Source: Eledone cirrhosa
Lineage: Eukaryota
Assembly (NCBI GenBank): GCA_964016885.1
Contig: OZ024742.1
Location: 255,812,001 to 255,876,000 of the forward strand
Direction of reading: 5' to 3'
DNA: 64,000 bases
Below are positions 57,649-64,000 of the stretch, piece after piece. A program made the position numbers and the translations under genes. The notes beneath the pieces are model-generated. The model did not search any database. It was not told where the DNA came from and saw nothing but the letters and a program-made list of their open reading frames with translations. Position 1 is the first letter of the stretch. Every line of letters begins with the position of its first letter.

Positions 57649-58255
57649 AAACGGAAAAAATGAAACGAAATTTCATTTCCCATTCTTAGTACGGCTGTTA
57701 CTTAAATATAAGTATGTACACGTACATACATATATGTATACAGACGTACAGTAGTATGTATATATATATCCATACATGCACACATATAGATATGTACGTA
57801 TGGATTCACCGAACATTTATTATAATGCTTGGTGTGTTTGTAAACAAACATCCCGTATTAAGCCGTAGTGTCCAGCAACCATCGTTGCTCGTTTGTTCAA
57901 CACTGACAAAGGAACGCTGTACTAGTTTCAAGCTTATTAGCTATCGTCAGCAACGTATACCATCCTGCCAGATTGTTGAACGTATATATTTACCTTATGT
58001 ATATTAACGGCTGAGTAGCCCAATTGGCTTATCGAGTGGGTTAATCGGCTGGGTGCACCGAAAACGATAAACGGAAAAAGTGAAACGAAATTTAATTTCC
58101 CATATAGTACGGCTGTTACTTAAATATAAGTATGTACACGTACATACATACATGTATACAGACGTACAGTAGTATGTATATATATATACATACATGCACA
58201 CATATATATATGTACGTATGGATTCACCGAACATTTATTATAATGCTTGGTGTGT
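57649..58255 (-). mobile_element. About 1.5 tandem copies (421-bp period) of the 24-28 kb HHR unit
   Basis: AACGGAAAAA.TGAAACG at ~57649 and ~58070. Confidence 0.88.
57914..57956 (-). ncRNA. Intact type I hammerhead (420-bp family)
   Basis: acgttg CTGACGA tagctaataagctt GAAA ctag TA cagcgt. Confidence 0.88.
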
Positions 58256-58705
58256 TAATATATTTAGGAGGTATATGTCTCGTATTTAGTATTGTTCCCA
58301 TTCTCCACCTTTTAAACTTTTCTATAGCTTAGCAATACCAATGAGAAATTTGGTGATTGTAGAAATGGAGTGGTAACCAGAAATAGTTATATATTTATTT
58401 CCTTATTTTTATAATGTTTTTTTTTACTCCCTTTCGATTAATCTATTCTTTCAACAACATTTCCCCTCCTCTTCTCTAGTACACTTTTTTCAACCTTTTA
58501 TACACTATCCTTAGAATCTGTTGTATAGATTTCACTTTCAACGCCTTTGTTCTACCGCCTAGATTTCACTTTCAATCCCTCTTTGTTCTACCGCCTAGTT
58601 CAGTCACCCCTACCTCCCACAAAATGCCATGATAGATTTATCTGTCTTTACAACAAATGTTTGACCAACCCACTTGACAATTACTATCTTCCCATATAAG
58701 GAAAT

Positions 58706-58801
58706 ACCCCCCGAGAAGTTCGGCTATTTATTTACCAGGCTAAAAATTCTTATTTAGTCCAGAAATAGCCGTCGAAACGGCTTGAGCTCTGCCTTCGGGG
58801 T
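58706..58801 (+). ncRNA. Decayed full-length hammerhead of the 24880 family
   Basis: acccc CCGAGAA gttcggctattt..aaatagccgtc GAAA cggcttgagctctgcct TC ggggt. Confidence 0.6.
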
Positions 58802-58811
58802 CATACTTGTT

Positions 58812-59182
<371 letters not shown>

Positions 59183-59490
59183 TGATATTTTTGCCTGAGA
59201 AAATACCTATATGTATGTATAGATAGTAGGTAGATATATTTATTATTTTTTTAATATCTAATTGATTTCTTAAACACGTGGTTAAAATAGCTAACAGGCT
59301 TCAATGACCAGCGTGTATATTATTTTATATTTTACGATGACCTCCCCTTTCCCTTTTGGGGACAGTGTGAATTTTCTTTTTGAAGGACTACTGGCTTTCT
59401 TTTCGAATCTAGCTGTCCTTCTAGCACTGACGGAGACCATCACTGATTATTAATATCGATGCAATTTTTTATATCAATATTGCATGGGCA

Positions 59491-59613
59491 TCCACTGATG
59501 AATTATAAGTGCCCGCTTGTGTGTATATCTATGGATTAAATACAATTTTCTACATAAATTAGACATTATTTATCCCAACTTGTAGAAATCTTATAACGAA
59601 GCGATCGTATGTA
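59491..59613 (+). ncRNA. Decayed hammerhead with long loop II
   Basis: tcca CTGATGA attataag..~80 nt..cttataac GAAG cgatcg TA tgta. Confidence 0.6.
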
Positions 59614-59790
59614 AAGAAAGAGAAATTTATTTAATTATGTCTCATATAAAATAATACAACCAACTATCCACGGAATACTATATAGTTAGCACCCCAAACA
59701 CTTAATTGGGATTATACTTAGGTATATCCTAATGTTTGTTGAGTGAGATGGAATTGGTCAGAGTGTCTCTTAAAGCTTTCTCTGTTAATG

Positions 59791-59955
<165 letters not shown>

Positions 59956-60210
59956 CGTGTGTGTGTGTTTTTGTATATATATAGAAGTAACATTAAGAAA
60001 TATACTGATGTTACATAAATTGTTTATTCATAATAATTATTTCAACGGCTCTCTTATTCAATTCATGATGTAAAATATGCATTTGTTGTTTTGATGAGAA
60101 CGGTATCTTCCGATGAAATTCCGATTATGTGATATGCAGCAGGCATTCAAATATGTATTAATAAAGGACATTTTAACATCTACAATAACTTCGCATTTTC
60201 TTATTCTACA

Positions 60211-60276
<66 letters not shown>

Positions 60277-60326
60277 TGGAGAGAGAGTGAGAGAGAGAGT
60301 GAGAGAGAGAGAGAGAGGGAGAGAGA

Positions 60327-62010
<1,684 letters not shown>

Positions 62011-62070
62011 TGAACACTGGTGGCCTGCGCCGCTAAGCAGTGTCCAGCAGAAGCAAGTGTTCAGAAGAAC

Positions 62071-62108
62071 CCTCGATGCATTTGAAACTTAATGGTCTCA
62101 TCAGGAAG
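62071..62108 (-). ncRNA. Decayed minimal hammerhead
   Basis: cttc CTGATGA gac-cattaa-gtt t CAAA tgca TC gagg. Confidence 0.5.
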
Positions 62109-62135
62109 ATGCTTCGCTCTCGGTACTGCTGGACG

Positions 62136-62212
<77 letters not shown>

Positions 62213-62289
62213 GGAAAATTAATAATAGAAATTTGCAGATGCACTGAATAATTTCTATATATGCATGTAATATTATTAGGACTCAACGT

Positions 62290-62830
62290 AAAAGATAATT
62301 AATTCACACCAAAACAAAAAATATTAATAGATGACATTTTTTAAAGTATATCGTTAGGTGTTCAGAAATTGTCTCGATTATTGAAATAGTTTTGTGTAAT
62401 TATATATAACACAAATTATTGTGCAAATTCGCTTATCTCAGCTAAGTGGAATATTGGTAGGAATTTGTGATGGATGAGAAAACGTAAGAAGAAGGCATTA
62501 TTGAGAGTCAGTATGTTTGAAATATAAGTTAGTCCCTAGCTTTGTGTTTCTTTTTGTTATTAGAATGCCATTCTTGGAGTCCAGAGGGAATTTAATGTGA
62601 GTGTTTAATATGTCTTTAGATTGCCAAGCATTTCCCACACATAATGAAACAGTCGTCCAGGTATCCTTTCCAATTTTCTTTTATATAATATCTGAATTCA
62701 ATTCTATAAATTTGTGAAGTTTGTTAATAGATTTTTAGTTTATGTTAACTCATGTTTAAGTTAGCGTGTTTGTGCAACCTTTGCCTCCATTGTTGTTCCA
62801 GATTTTGTCGATAAGCTGTCGATATTCTTT
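62290..62830 (-). pseudogene. PLE RT fragment
   Basis: YLDDCFIM, TNLYFKHTDSQ*..FSHPSQIPTNIPLS*DKRICTII. Confidence 0.75.
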
Positions 62831-63831
62831 TATATATATATAGTATATACTATAGGACAATTTTGGCTGAATTCAAATTTCAAATGAAAGAACTTAAGCT
62901 CTCCTTGAATGACCAACACATTCTGGGTAATTCATGAATACAGGATTTAAAACGTTATTAAAATGAACAAGAGTTTGTATTTCTTGAAAGCAACGTCAAG
63001 ACCCCAGCAAACTACGGCATTTGAGAAATGATGCCACAGAAGTAAAACATGAAAAAAGGGATCATCAAAAACTCCAATAAGCATAAAAAAGAGATAGATA
63101 GATAGATAGCTAGGCAGTTAGATATAAATAGATGATGCAGAGAGAGTGTGAAAGAGTGAGGGGGCGGGATGTGAATCATAAACAGAGGGGAGAGAAAGAG
63201 TGAGTTTCATGAAAGAATAACCAAACTGTAGTGTGATTTTAATTATGTTTTAGTAGTTCACAGCTATGTACACACACACACACACACGCACACACACACA
63301 CATACAGGCACACACACACGCGCGCGCGGACGCGTGTATATGTGTGCATGTGTGTTTATATACGTGCGTGATTTCAGCTTGTGTGTTTATGAATGTCAGT
63401 GTTTTTTTTCAGCTAATGAACAAAAGCAATTGAAATATTTTCTCTCTTGTTATTTTCTATGTTCTACTTCCTTCTCTATGCTCATCCATACTTTGAAATA
63501 CCGGAAAAAAAACATATTTAATTAGCCTCAATTGTGCCAATAAAATACATCTATTGATTTCAACTCTTACTAGAACGATTGATAAGAGAGAGAGAGGGGA
63601 AGGAGAGAGAACGATAACCACATGCACGCATCCTTTCACTCTGTCTCATATGCACACACACGAACACACACATACACGCACTTATATATATATATATAAA
63701 CTATGACCGTTAATTGCTTTAACTTGTACGCAAAAAAATCTACGCCAAACTAACGCGATGAATTTCGTTGACGTACAAAGCATTGGAAATTTGAAAATTG
63801 AAAATGTACTCCCATCACTAGATCTAACTAT

Positions 63832-63990
63832 AATGGTTTCTGAATTAGGCACAAGGCCAACAATTTTTGGGGAGGGAAATTTCGATTAAATCAACATGAG
63901 TGCATTACTGATACTTTATTTTATCGTCCCGGTAAGGATGAAAAGCAAAGCTAACTTCGGCGGGATGTAAACTCATAATATAACTGCTTG
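63832..63990 (-). mobile_element. SINE (31206 family), decayed
   Basis: GGCACAAGGCCAACAATT...TTTATCGTCCCGGTAAGGATGAAAAGCAAAG..CGGCGGGAT. Confidence 0.75.
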
Positions 63991-64000
63991 TACTTTTGGC

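Overview
AT-rich, microsatellite-saturated animal DNA. The SINE families and repeat landscape suggest an octopus or other cephalopod genome (inference). I found no host protein-coding gene, and most ORFs in the track are translations of (TA)n, (CA)n or (GA)n tracts. The window holds many decayed retroelements: one 5'-truncated CR1 LINE, RTE, R4/Dong and CRE fragments, at least six Penelope-like element (PLE) remnants, tRNA-derived SINEs, a mariner fragment and a non-autonomous Helitron. The main signal is about 20 type I hammerhead ribozyme (HHR) motifs (CTGANGA...GAAA...TH, most with a palindromic loop III) from roughly ten unrelated sequence families. They occur in non-coding tandem arrays (~420-450 bp and ~540 bp monomers, retrozyme-like) and in short fold-back insertions, nearly all at (TA)n tracts. 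In one array the inversion breakpoint lies at the predicted self-cleavage site. All folds and translations were done by eye and need computational and experimental confirmation.
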